From contig NC_068990.1 in NCBI RefSeq assembly GCF_001194135.2, forward strand, positions 10,491,716-10,555,715: a stretch of DNA of 64,000 nucleotides, written 5' to 3'. Below the pieces are notes generated by a model. It searched no databases, was not told where the DNA came from, and saw only the letters and a program-made list of their open reading frames with translations. Position 1 is the first letter of the stretch, and every line of letters begins with the position of its first letter. This document shows, piece by piece, positions 51,471 through 64,000 of this stretch. The translations under genes and the position numbers were made by a program. Source of the stretch: Octopus bimaculoides (lineage: Eukaryota).

Positions 51471-52422
51471 ACATTGCTTTTAAACAGGTTTAAACGAAAT
51501 CCTCCCATGCATTTCAACGTAGTTTTGATATATCAAATAACGCCTAAGAGATTAGAGGCGTATCCTAAGTAAGGAATATTAGCTATAAATAAATGAATTT
51601 TAAATTTTTATCTTCAGTTAATTTTAGACGCCGAACATTCAAAATATTGTATAAATGCTACATTAATCATTATTGTATTTCTGCTAGTTTTGTGGAAGTC
51701 AAATATAAGATCGTTGTTCATGCTATTGTATAGTACGTGATAAATCTACTGGGAATGTTAATGAAACCGGGACATTTTCATCACAATTGAGAGACTGGCA
51801 ATGTTTTATTTGATTAAACGTTGTTCATTTGAATGATTATATATGTGAATGGTACTAGGTTATTAATTTCAAGCTTTCTTACTGTAAATCTTATACCCGA
51901 TAATTGATATCACATGCATACGTCATAGTGTAAAGTTTAAAATTTGTATATTACAAGTTAGAAGTGGGTCAAATTCTAAAAGAAGATGATATCTTAAATT
52001 GATTAATAAATTGTCAGAGTAAAGACACTATATTTTGCGAGTTAACGTACGTAAAACATTTGAGATAGTGTATTACAAGCTATTGCAATTTATTAGATTT
52101 ACATGTCAAATATCTAACTACTAGATGTCTACGGAGTTCGATATTTCCAATCTTTTACGAGTGTATAACATGCTATATTTAAATTCAATATATCTTTCTC
52201 GTAGTAGTTCAAACACATTCGTAGAAACTAAACATTGTTATATGTAGATTTCCTTCGCAAACACATTTTACTATTTTACTTTCATAATATTATATCATTT
52301 CAAAATTTTCTATTTATATGTGTATGTGTGCGTATACTGTGTGTAAACATAACCAATGTACATATGTATATGCTCGTGTGTGTGTCTGTACATCTGTATA
52401 TATTTATGCATGTGTATATACT

Positions 52423-53657
52423 TTGGGTCATCCCATAAATAATGCGGTCTTTTTTATACTTCTTTTATTTTTCAAGATGAATATACATTAAGTTCTTTTT
52501 TAATCTAAAATCTACTCTCCTTCGTTTTCTACACTGCTCTTCCATCTATCTGGTAGACATGCAAGGACCCTCTTCCGAAACTCACTTGTCTGTGACGAAA
52601 AATACTCCTCCGGTAAGTACTGTTCTGACCTAATTCACAGAATTCATATTTTCTCGTCTAAATGATTTTGAAGATTGCGGAATATATGATAATCAGATTA
52701 GGCAAAGTCCGGCAAATATGGTAGGTGGGGAATCGCTTCCCATTCAAACTGCTCCAGCCTTTGGAATATCATCCTCGCTGTATGTGGCCGAGCATTATCG
52801 TGATGGAAGAACAACTTTCGTGTTGAAACCAAAGATGGTCGTTTTCCTTGTAGAGCTGACTTAAGCTGCTGAAGCTGCTCGCAGTAGATTCCCTTTGCTA
52901 TCGTTTTGTTTGAGTTAAAATTTGAAAGTGGACTAAAACGTTCATATCCCATCAAACAGATAACAACAACTTACGTGGTTGAAGATCTTTAGCCTGGGCT
53001 GTCGCTGTTTCTCGCTTGACATCTTTATAGAGAACCCATTTCTCGTCATCAGTCACTATTCGATCACAAAAAGGTTCATTGATGAGACATGACAGCAAAG
53101 AGGAACACATAATCACTTTCTCTGAGCGATTAGTTTATGAGGAACCCATTGACTGAAATTTCTGGTTTTACCGATGACATACAAGCTTCGATGAATGGCC
53201 GAATAACGAAATCCAAGCTTCTCTTCTTGTCCCTCAAAAGCTACGATGGTATTTTGCTCCACCAGAGTTTGCAGGACATCCTCGAAGACGTGGTTCTTCT
53301 CCTAGGTTGTAGTTTCCGGCTCAGAATTTCTGGAACCAACGTTGAGACAGGCATACGCATATCGTCATATCCCCATATACTACATTGATAATCCTCACAC
53401 TTCTCGTTGCATTGTTGCCTTTATTAAAATCTGAAAGAAAAATATGCCAACTATTCTCGTTTGTCACTTCTATTATAGCTTTGATAAAATAACTTGCTAA
53501 AATCAAACTGTATTCTTCAAAACTTGCACAAAGCATAAGTATAAGGTAAAATTACTATCCCCGTTTTTAGCAAGTTGATGCAAGTAGTTTACTCCGTCCC
53601 CCTCCGACTTTTAGTCCATGTAATTGAAGTAACCGCCTCATTTATGGTATGACCCAA
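52423..53657 (-). mobile_element. Full-length degenerate mariner (DD34D) transposon (~1.23 kb)
   Basis: TIRs ttgggtcatcccataaataatgcggt / accgcctcatttatggtatgacccaa, TA at the right end. Minus translation DRIVTDDEKWV, FHHDNARPH, HLPYLPDFA, SDYHIFRNLQNHLD. Confidence 0.9.
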
Positions 53658-53677
53658 TATGTGTGTGTGTGTCTGTT

Positions 53678-53720
<43 letters not shown>

Positions 53721-53916
53721 TAAATGAAATGAGACAACAAAGCCAACGCTGTGTGGAATTTTCAGGACATTTATAAAGAGAAAGAAATATTTTCAAATCA
53801 CTCTGTATAATATAATTTTTAATATATTTGGCAAAGAGTGTTTCTTCGTTCGTAATTAATTAGGCATGTAAAAAAAAAATAAAGAGCTACATTTAAACTT
53901 AATTCAAAGTATAATT

Positions 53917-54977
53917 AATTATAAGGAGTGTTTGACTCAGTTCAAATACTTTAAATTCCATGCAGGAGTAACAGTAGTTATTTATATTCAGTATGTTCTC
54001 TTTCAACTACGATCATCTATGGCGACTGAATTCGTGTAATGACATCAGTTCTCAAATATTGTTGTGAATGAATTGATGAAAATTAAGTGTCCTTTAGTCG
54101 AAAACTGAATATACCTTAGCCTGGATACGAATTTTATGATTATTTCAATCCAAAAGCGAGAAAAATATCCTGCAACGAAACTAGATTATACTCAAGTGTT
54201 TCGGAAAGAGAGGAATTGAAGTGAACTAAGGCACGTCATTAAGCTGTATCTGTGTATTTAGGTAAATTGATTCTTTTCTAATATTTTCTTACTTTTCGTA
54301 TTTCAGTTATAAAATAAAATGTATTTATTATAAATGTCCTGAAAATTTCATGCAGCCTTGTCTTTCTTGTCTCATTTTATTTAACGTATACATGATCACA
54401 CTAGACCCGCGTATGAATCCTCATTCGTATTATTATCGAACGGAAAATGTAACTAACTTCCATAGCACTTGTGTTTGTGTGTGTGTGAGTACTAGAATAT
54501 GTATAGATGTGTACGTGTTGAGAGAATATCACATTAAATTCAGAATAACACATTCGCTCTACGAATATTATTGATTTCATACCTGAAATGCGAAAAGCAA
54601 AAAAAAAAAAAAAAAGAAAAGAATGCATTTACCTAAATACATAGGTAGAGCTTCGTGAAATGCCTCAGTTCACTTCAATTCATCTATTTCAGAAACGTTT
54701 CAGAAGAATCTAGTTTCGTTGCAAGACATTTCTCTCGCTTTGGGATTGAAGTAATCAACAAATGAGTATCCAAGCAAAGGCATATTCGTTTTTCGACTAA
54801 AGGACATTTAACTTTCTTCAAATAATTCACAACAATATTTGAGAACTGATGTCATTACACGAATTGAATCGCCATAGATGATCGGAGTTGAGATAGAACA
54901 TGCTTAATATAAATAACTACTGTTACTCCAGCATGGTATTTAAAGTATGTGAACTGATTCAAAAAGCCCTTACAATT
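53917..54977. mobile_element. Fold-back element with ~350 bp inverted arms (53917-54266, 54628-54977)
   Basis: gatcatctatggcga.t.aattcgtgtaatgacatcagttctcaaatattgttgtgaat...gtcctttagtcgaaaa...tgcaacgaaactagatt...gtatttaggtaaa is mirrored on the right arm. Confidence 0.85.
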
Positions 54978-55271
54978 ATATGTTAGATTTAAATTTACCT
55001 TTTATCTTTTACATAACTAATGAATTATCAACGAAGAAAAACTCTTTGCCATATATGTGCAAAATTATATTATACAGATAGATTTGCAAATATTTCTTTT
55101 TCTTATTAAAACAATACTACTAATATTATGTAAATAATATATTTACTAGCGCCTTCACTACTGTGTTATATTTTATGTGCTGTCGGGGTATCGACACTAC
55201 TGCACGCAATGCAGTAAACATATTTATGCATTTGTTATATTAACTATTAGATTCTAAGAATACGTTTTTTA

Positions 55272-55563
55272 GTGGAGGCGCATAGCCTAGTGGTTAGATC
55301 AGTGGATTCCTGGTTGAGGAATTTCAGACCGGGTGATGTGCGTGTTTATGAGCGAAACACCTATAATCCACGCGCCTCCAGCAGAAGATAATGGCAAACT
55401 TCTGCTGACACTTTCACCACAACTTTCTCTCACTCTTTCCTCCTGCATCTAGCAGCTCACCTGCGACGGACTGGCCTCCCCTCCAGGTGGGGAACCTATA
55501 CATCAATGAAACCCCGAAACTGGCCCTTATGAGCCAGGCATGGCTGGAGAAGGAACAAACAAC
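55272..55563 (+). mobile_element. tRNA-derived SINE, family C
   Basis: A-box head gtggaggcgcatagcctagtggttag, central cacctgcgacggactggcctcccctccaggtgggg segment, tail ending aaggaacaaacaac. Confidence 0.7.
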
Positions 55564-57142
55564 ATAAATTCTATGTTATATGTATTATGATTACATAGCA
55601 TGATCCGATTTCAAAACATGATCTGATTTCACTATCATTATATTCATTTCGTCTCAGTTATTTCTAGCCTTTCCTAGTCAAATTCGAGCCGAGTTAATAA
55701 TCCTCTTAAACATTTAAGCCGATAGTTTGATTTAAACCTCAGTTTCATTGTTCATCAGTTATTGTAGTTGTGAGCTAATTTAACAAACACTTTATTGTCA
55801 TTGTCATCATCTCATTTTAAGGTGGTTACGTATACTTTGGAGGGGGGGGGGCATCTGGCTGTTGTACTTATCAGTTAGAACAGCATATTTGGTATTCATC
55901 ACCAATAACAAAAATTTTGATTTTAAATATCATAGTATAGTTTCAATTTTTGTTAGTTTTAAAGATTCGTCTGTCATTATATGGATTCCACATCAATATG
56001 TTTGATAGTATTAATACAACACTCGCAAATGTTCTAATATGTTGAATTATAGTTGCCAACATAAAATTTTCAGATAACCTAAATGTTTTGAATATATAGT
56101 CTCATATTTTCTGCTGCTTTTATTTTGGAATCTTCGACAATTTCCCTCCCGGCAATCTGTATTCAAATTATTATTGATACAGCGTAAGGAGTACAATGAT
56201 ATGTGTATTGTTATATAGTGCTACGTTCTTCGAGCTGAACAAACTAAACAGCAGAGGTCAAATAAATATTGCTATTGTTTGAGTAGGATATATTGCCTTT
56301 TAACAAAAAGGATAGCTCGTAGACAAGATGCGTAGCTTCTGTTAAGATGCAAGTATGACTTTTACAATGCTTCACTTTGATACACTCATCATTACTTTTC
56401 CTATCCTTACTATATATACATACGAGCATGCATGTATACATACATATATGCATTCATGTATACTCGCATACATACATACAGATATAAATACATACATACA
56501 TACATACATACACACGCACATATATACATACGTACATACAGCTTACATATACATCTTGAAACTTTGTGTCACCCTGATCTAATATTAGCAATTGTGAGAC
56601 TACACGATAATACAGGGTGGCTAAATTTTGTTAGGAAATAATTTTCTACTAACATTAGTAGTAAAACAGACATAATCGACTCCAAATCTGTCGCCATTGA
56701 TATAATGAACTGTAGCAAATATAATGAATGCTATAAAACCAATATATTGAACTGTAATGCAAATTCAGTATAAAGAAAACAGAAGCAAAAGGAAGACAAT
56801 GGTTTACACTATTCAAATTATACTTTATATCATATTATTTCAATTAACAGCACACACATACGGCAAAATGGAAAACGACTTGTGGTCTGAGTAGTTACGG
56901 TATGTATGAAGAGCGAGAATGATGTGATATGTATGTTGATAGTGTTGTAGCTGCCACTTAGCTTCACATGGTTCTTGACACATGTTGAGGGAAATTTTTA
57001 ATTAATACAGATTGTTACCTTTTAAAATGTATGGCCATATATCCTGTGACGTTGCTGATAATTTCATTACAATATTTATGACATTGTACCACGTTTACGT
57101 TTTATTTGATTCTGTTTTTAATATTTGTAAATATTATAAATG

Positions 57143-57144
57143 AT

Positions 57145-57197
<53 letters not shown>

Positions 57198-57212
57198 AAA
57201 TAATAATAAAGA
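57143..57212. repeat. (TAA)n microsatellite at the 5' flank of the Dong-like element
   Basis: Direct run. Confidence 0.9.
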
Positions 57213-59230
57213 AAGCAAAAATGATAAGATACGACCGAAAAATGAAGGGTTACCACCATAATAGGTTATTCGGAGTAGATCAAAAGAGATTCTATAAAGA
57301 AATAAATGGAGAGTGTACAGAAGAACAGTCGATACCAGATAACATTGAAAGTCAAACGTTTTGGAGTGATATCTGGAGAAAAGACAGGGAGCACAAGAAG
57401 GATGCCGAATGGTTGCAAGAACTGAAAAAAACACTAGTCTGTCCAAAACAGGCAGAACTATTCATTTCAGTTGGAGAAGTGAAGGAAATCGGCCAAGAAA
57501 ATGAGCAACTGGAAGGCTCCGGGACCAGATGAACGAAGTTCAAGGCTACGGGATCAAAAGATTTGGTAAATGTCCTGCACGAATAGCTTCGCAACTCAAA
57601 ACCTCGTTAAATGCCGACCAAGTGATACCAGAATGGTTGACATTGGGTAGGACAGTGATGTGCCTGAAAAACATCGGAAAAACATCGGAAAAGGCAATAC
57701 GGTGGACAATTACAGGCCGATATCCTGTTTGCCGTTTATGTGGAAGTTATTGACTGGAATACTCGCAGAGTCAAAGTACGAACATCTGGAAAAACGGATT
57801 CCTGACACTTGAGCAGCTGGGCTGCAAGCGTAAGTGCAGAGGTGCCAAGGATCAACTCCTGATAGACAAAACTGTACTCAGAAACTGCAAGAGGAGGAAA
57901 CGTAGCTTAGCCATGTCATGGATCGACTATCGTAAGGCGTACAATATAATCCCACATTCTTGGATTATGGAGTGTATGAACCTGTTTCGTATTGCATCGA
58001 ATGTTGAGCGATTGCTGGGAAAAAGTATGGCGAATTGGAGGATGGACCTGACAGCATACGGAAGAAGTTTAGGGAAAGCAGAAATTAGGAAGTGTATCTT
58101 CCACGGGGACTGCCTGTCCCCACTGATCTTTGTACTGTGCTTGATACCACTAACACTGATTCTGAGGAAAGCAAAAGCTGGGTATGTATTCAAAAGCCGC
58201 CAGCNNNNNNNNNNACTGATTCTGAGGAAAGCAAAAGCTGGGTATGTATTCAAAAGCCGCCAGCAAAAAGTCAACCATTTGTTATTCATGGATGACCTAA
58301 AACTTTAAAGATGGAGCCCAAGCCAGTTCCCTCGTTGATACAGTGTATACCTTCATTGCTGATATCAGAATGGAGTTCGGTCTGAGAAAGTGTGGTGTGC
58401 TAGTCTTGAAGAGAGGCAAAATAAAATGTATGGACAGGCTAACGATACCGTCGGCAGAGGTAATGAATCAGATAGAAGAGACAGGCTATAAGTATTTGGG
58501 GATTTTGGAAATGGACAAATTGATGGAGAAAGAAATGACAGGTAGAGTACTTGCACAAATTTAAGGTGGACTACTTGTACAGACTGAGACTGATCCTTAA
58601 GTCGAAATGAAACGGACGGAATAAGATCGAAGCTTTCAACACCTGGGCGGTTTCACTCCTTAGATATGGAGCAGGGGTAATTGCATGGACAGTAGACGAA
58701 GTAAACAGGAAGACAAGGAAGTTGCTAACTATATATGGGTCACTACTCCGAAAAAGTGACACAGACAGACTGTATGCTCCAAGAAAAAGAAGGGGAAGAG
58801 GACTTATTGGATGCGAACACAGCATTAGAGCAGAAGAAAACAATATAGCATGGTATGTAAAACATGCCACAGAACCGCTATTATTAGACGTATGAAGGTC
58901 AGACTTGTGTAGGATGAACGATTGCTAAGACAAAGCACTATACAGGAAATTAAAAACGAATGAAACTGAAAATAGGTGGGTAAAGAAAAGTGTGCATGGT
59001 CAATTTCATAGAGATGTTGAACATAAGACAGAGAAAAAAGATGGTTGTGGATGACTAAAAGTGATTTAAAACCGGAAACGGAGGCTCTAATCTGTGCTGC
59101 CTAAGAGCAAGTACTAAGCACAAACTACAAAACATACCGAATAAACAACACAGCAGAAAGTGTTAAGTGCAGAATCTGTGGACAAAACGGTGAAACCGTA
59201 TCGCATATTACCAGCCAATATACGCCACTA
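57213..59230 (+). mobile_element. Truncated, frameshifted Dong/R4-like non-LTR retrotransposon (RT and start of the CCHC region)
   Basis: Motifs in order: NRLF.VDQKRFYKEI; NWKAPGPD; [10 protein letters not shown]; [17 protein letters not shown]; [15 protein letters not shown]; [13 protein letters not shown]; [10 protein letters not shown]; HLLFMDDLKL; MEFGL.KC; YKYLGILE; RLY.PRK..GRGL; CRICGQNGETV.HI. Confidence 0.92.
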
Positions 59231-59924
59231 GTCCTCGTCTTACAACAAATAAGAGCATAATCCCAATGATTTCTTCCGATTTCTGAGTATTTTATGATTA
59301 AATCAGATCAGGGCCAAAAGGAAGAAAATGAGCATTAACAGCAGCAAATCATGGTAGATGACACTGCTGAGTGAAGACTAAATGTCTCTCATTCGACGTT
59401 GTAAAGGATTCCGTTGGTTTGCTTTCCAGGAGTTAAAAAGGAAGACATGGAGCTCTCTACTGCAGATCTGACCACAAATTAACAGTTAGAAATATATGCG
59501 AAAATAGAATTCGGGTTTAGCAGTGAAGTCATATTTTCATTTTAACGTTCGTGAAACAGTTTCTCTTTTATCAGGTAAGGCGATGGTGTTTTGCACATAA
59601 ACAAATAATAAATAAATACTACAGAGTTATTTGTTCTTCAGTTTAGAACATCGATTCATTGTTTACACCTGTATATAGATATGAGGCATGGATATTAATT
59701 CCTACGTCTACAAATAACTTATACATATATAAATACACACATACTTGCAGACACCACACAGGTATGCACACACATAATACACACATACACACGCACACAC
59801 ACATATGCGTTTGTATGTATGTCGACGTTAGTTTCTCGTAGTTCGAGAAAGACAGTTCTGCGATTTCATACAGAACAGCCTCCACAGATGATTTGTTTAT
59901 AGTGATAAGGTATATGTGCTGTAC

Positions 59925-60000
59925 ATTAGATGAAACCCTCCATGAAATCGACGTTTCCCGGACGCGTGCACGATGTAGCACAGGCCAGGTGTTGCAATCC
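59925..60000 (-). CDS. Candidate exon (IATPGLCYIVHASGKRRFHGGFHL), unknown protein
   Basis: Strong acttttctgcag| acceptor and a GC-rich island, but the donor (gtacag) is weak. A longer ORF in another frame and a plus-strand alternative (59841-59908) exist. Confidence 0.22.
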
Positions 60001-60567
60001 CTGCAGAAAAGTATAAGATTGAAGTGGTTTGCCTATGTTTACCCAAGAAATGAAACTAGGATCTGACAAGCATGCGTGCAATACACCAAGCTGTAGGCCA
60101 TGTACCCTTGGTATATATATACATATATATGTACATGTATGTATGTGTGTGTGTGTGTGTGTGTGTCTTTATGTGTGTGTGTATGTCTGTGTTTTTCTGT
60201 ATGTGTAGTAATGCCAGCACTAAAAGCTATGATGAAGGAAGGAAAGCGTGGAATATGAAATGAAAAAGAAGAAATGCAAGAGAGAATCGAAAAGTAGGAA
60301 GAAAATGTAGAAAAACGTGAATAGTTGAGAAAGAAAAAAAAAATATATCGTTTCGATTTAAACTATTGCCGTATATTTCAGCTGTAATCGTTAATTCGAA
60401 AACTTAATTGCCACAGACAATTAATTAATTATTAATACAGAGAAAATTAATCAATAGAATGATGTCATTAATATAGGTCGAATATATTATGTAGGAAAAG
60501 AACGATGATTTACAGCGTAAGCACAAATATTCGTATGCACACGTATTTCTATGTGTGTGCGTGTATT

Positions 60568-60606
<39 letters not shown>

Positions 60607-61483
60607 ATATGTGTGTGTGTATTCATATATGTACACATATACATACATGAACACAATGCTTTAAGTGGATGTACATGCAAAGTGCATAAGTGTGTGCATG
60701 TGTGCGTGTGTGCGTGTGTGTGTGCAAGCGTGAGTTTGTGTGTGTGTACGCATTTACTCAACCAGACGTATGCGCACGCACACATGTATTTGAGTAGATA
60801 GATGTGAAGTTTTTAAAAATTATTTCAGAAATCTGAACGCGCTTTATTTCTGCACTTCTGTGGTCATCCAAAATATAACCGTCGTGGAAATTATACAGAA
60901 GTTTACTGAATTTGATGTGCTGATCTCCCAACACTATACAATTTGGACAAAGCCGAGAAAAAGATCTTGTCGGAAATTTCCCAAATTTAAATCAAATTTC
61001 TTTCATATTTTATAAATTTATGCTTTAACAATGTGACATGACGCAGTCTACTTTACCTTTTGAGTTCTAGAATTACATCAGATTTAAAAATATGTTCATA
61101 TTAAAGTACACACAACATTAAATACTTTTCAGTGATTTCAGATGTTATCTCGTTAAATTGGCTAATTAAAACAGAAATCAGCTACCTAGTAAATTATTCA
61201 GTTTATCGTGTTAAATTGTATAATTGTTTTGCATTAAGGTGTCAAATAGTGTTCACTGTGCTGCAAACTAGAAACGTTAAATTTATAGATTAACACCATG
61301 AAATTCAACAAGGTTTAGTTGAAGGCTCGAGAGATTCACGCACCTCATTCAAACTGTCAAAAATGATGAGAAAATAAAACTTCTTCCAATTCGCATATTT
61401 GCAGCATCTAATTGTGCATCGCTTACATCGAAGACTATATTGAAAACAATTCCAGCTTTAAGCATCTAATATTATACTCATGC

Positions 61484-61851
61484 AAGGCAGCGAGCTGACA
61501 GAAACGTAAGCACGCCGGGTGAAATGCGAAATTTGAGTTCAAATTCCGCCAAGGTCAACTTTGCCTTTCATCCTTTTGGGGTCGATCAAATAAGTACAAG
61601 TTACACACTGGGATCTATATAATCGACTTAATCCGTTTGTCTGTCCTTGAAATAAGAAACGTTAGCACGCCGGGGGGAAAGCTTAGCGGTATTTCGTCTG
61701 TCTTTACTTTCTGAGTTCAAATTCCACCGAGGTGTACTTTGCCGTTCATCCTTTCGTGGTCGAAGAATTAAGTACCATTTGCGTACTGAGGTCGATCTAA
61801 TCGATTAACACCGTCCCCAAAAATTCGGGCCTTCTGCGTAGAGTAGAAAAC
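61484..61851 (+). mobile_element. Tandem dimer of family-A SINEs flanked by a 17-bp direct repeat
   Basis: Two head-to-tail monomers (61484-~61657, ~61655-61851); aatattatactcatgca occurs at 61468-61484 and 61852-61868. Confidence 0.85.
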
Positions 61852-62756
61852 AATATTATACTCATGCATTCATTATATACTAATACATTTTCCATTGTCT
61901 CATGTCATAGGAATGTCGATTGATTGGTGATTCGGCTGCCGATTCTGTTCGCCCGGGCGCACATTATATCTTCATCAGGCAGAAGGCAAGCTAATTGCTT
62001 GTGTCTGTCTTGACACAGACACACACATAGACACCCCCATATATATATATATATATANNNNNNNNNNNNNNNNNNNNNNNNNNNNNNNNNNNNNNNNNNN
62101 NNNNNNNNNNNNNNNNNNNNNNNNNNNNNNNNNNNNNNNNNNNNNNNNNNNNNNNNNNNNNNNNNNNNNNNNNNNNNNNNNNNNNNNNNNNNNNNNNNNN
62201 NNNNNNNNNNNNNNNNNNNNNNNNNNNNNNNNNNNNNNNNNNNNNNNNNNNNNNNNNNNNNNNNNNNNNNNNNNNNNNNNNTATATATATGTATATGTAT
62301 CTATGTGCCTACATAAATGTGTGTGTGTGTTTGTGTAAAGGCAACATACGAGAATCGAAGTGTAGGAAGTTAGTGAGCTTCAGGCAATCCGTAGAAGATA
62401 TTAAAAACAACTTTGAAGTAGAACAGTGGTGTATTGGCACAGAAGGTTGTGACGTTTTTCCATATCAAAGTACGACAAGCTAAAAAGAGTTAATTGTATA
62501 CCTCACGGTTATCAACAGATTGCATATGCGATTATGCATGTGCGAATATGCATATGCGAATAAATATTTAACAATTGAGGAATGGAGTATATAAAATGCA
62601 GGCAACATGTTTCATAACTAGCGGAACCTCGGAAATAGTAAATTATTCAAACGAGGAGTAGACAGCAAGCTACTCTACAGGCCAAAGATACCTAGATTAT
62701 ATGATATTTACATTGTCGTTTGATCCCAAGTTAACTCATTGGACATTCAATAGAAA

Positions 62757-62880
62757 TGTGTGGCTGTGGAGTAAGCAATTATTTCCTAAGCACATGGTTA
62801 TGGGTTCAGTCCCACCTCGACTCAGTAGCACCTTTTGCAAGTGTCTACTACTTTAGATACGACCCAAACAAAGACTTTTG
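62757..62880 (+). mobile_element. Degenerate 5' part of a family-B SINE
   Basis: gtgtggctgtggagtaagc...cacatggttatgggttcagtccc...gcaagtgtctactact...gacccaaacaaagacttt. Confidence 0.6.
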
Positions 62881-63044
62881 ATCAAAGTAGCAGTTCGGGT
62901 AAATGCTGAGAGAATATATTCTAAGCTTTACAAAAATAGGTACTGGGTTAGAATCTAAATTTTAGAGTGTGTTTCTTCTCTTGATTTGTTTCCAACAAAC
63001 GATCCCCCCACAAAAATATTCTTTTATTCTTTTATTTGTTTCAG

Positions 63045-63385
63045 TGACTGCGGTCCTTATGGGGCACCGGCTTTAGCCGAACAAATCGACCTCAGGACAT
63101 ATTCTTTCAAGCCTAGTACTTATTCTATCGGTCGCTTGCCGAACCGCTCAGTTACGGGGAGATAAACACACCAACATCGGTTGTCAAAATGATAGTGGTG
63201 GGACGGATACATATATACACAAACATATATACACGCACATATATACATAAATTCAGTTTCTGTCTACCAAATCCACTTACAAAGCTTTCGTAGTCCCGTG
63301 GCTATAGTAGAAGACAGTTGCCCAAGGATCCACGCAGTGGGACTGAACGCGGATCCATGTGGTTTGTGAAGCAAACTTCTTGGAC
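63045..63385 (-). mobile_element. tRNA-derived SINE, family B
   Basis: The reverse complement matches 40551-40878 (ttcagtcccactgcgtgg..ttgggcaa.tgtcttctactatagcc..gtagac.gaaactgaa..gaataagtactaggctt). Confidence 0.85.
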
Positions 63386-63839
63386 ACGTATGCATGTCTG
63401 AATGCGTGTACGTATTGGTGAGTGTGTCGTTTTGTCTACATATGTGTAGGTGTTCATTATTAAAACATTTTTGTAATAATCATTTTCGCTGTTTCATGCT
63501 GTTCGCGTCAGCATAAATAAATTGGCAAGTATCATATAAGAACACAATTATTCATTCTTGCATTTTTCTTGGCAAGCTGCTAAAACGTAAAGGAAATCAA
63601 GATTCCTACTGTGTCATGTTCAGAATCTTTGGTGAGGATCCGAGTCGGAAGTGTTGTTCCTCTGTCATACAGCATTGTGTTCTGCTGTCTTTGAATGTAC
63701 ACTGCATGTATACTGTCGACATCTACATTCATCTTTCACCTTTATCCCGTCATTTATTACGTACATAACCAACCACGCACACGCCATGTACATTTGCTCT
63801 CATATTTAAGCATAAAAACCGCTCAATCTGCCAAATTAC

Positions 63840-63887
63840 CAAATTTCTCGCCACGGAGGACGCTGCTGAGACCAACGCCGCAAGCAT
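63840..63887 (-). CDS. Candidate first coding exon (MLAALVSAASSVARNL)
   Basis: ATG at 63887-63885, TTG|gtaatt donor, GC-richer context near the window end. The downstream partner exon was not established. Confidence 0.18.
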
Positions 63888-64000
63888 AATTTATGAGACG
63901 ATCCTTGACCGTAAATATTATCGCATTCATCAAAACTGAAATCTTAGGCTACCTTTCCAAAGGGCTCCTCGTTTTTTCTCGTGCTCCTCCACCCGTCTTT

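Noticed and set aside
58155-58264. 50-bp tandem duplication inside the RT ([16 protein letters not shown] twice)
   Set aside because: The identical copies sit on either side of a 10-N gap, the classic overlap of unmerged contig ends.
59430-59575. Plus-strand exon with strong acceptor and donor
   Set aside because: All three frames contain stops; it could be non-coding, but there is no further support.

Overview
AT-rich, microsatellite-dense eukaryotic DNA with ten N-gaps. The SINE families and repeat landscape suggest a coleoid cephalopod, probably Octopus (inference from recognising repeats, not a database result). No complete, nameable gene is visible, and most ORF-track entries are microsatellite or gap artefacts. 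Recognisable content is mostly decayed mobile DNA: three Penelope-like retroelement (PLE) remnants, two or three Dong/R4-like non-LTR fragments, two full-length but dead mariners, an inverted pair of mariner 5' halves, an internally deleted Mutator-like element, three tRNA-derived SINE families and several fold-back/MITE elements. The most unusual structure is a ~2 kb layered palindrome (29995-32040) centred on back-to-back telomeric repeats (TAACCC)n/(GGGTTA)n. A near-canonical minimal hammerhead-ribozyme motif lies at 38263-38299 (-). Several GC-richer islands with splice signals may be exons of an unidentified multi-exon gene, but strand and reading frame cannot be resolved from sequence alone.
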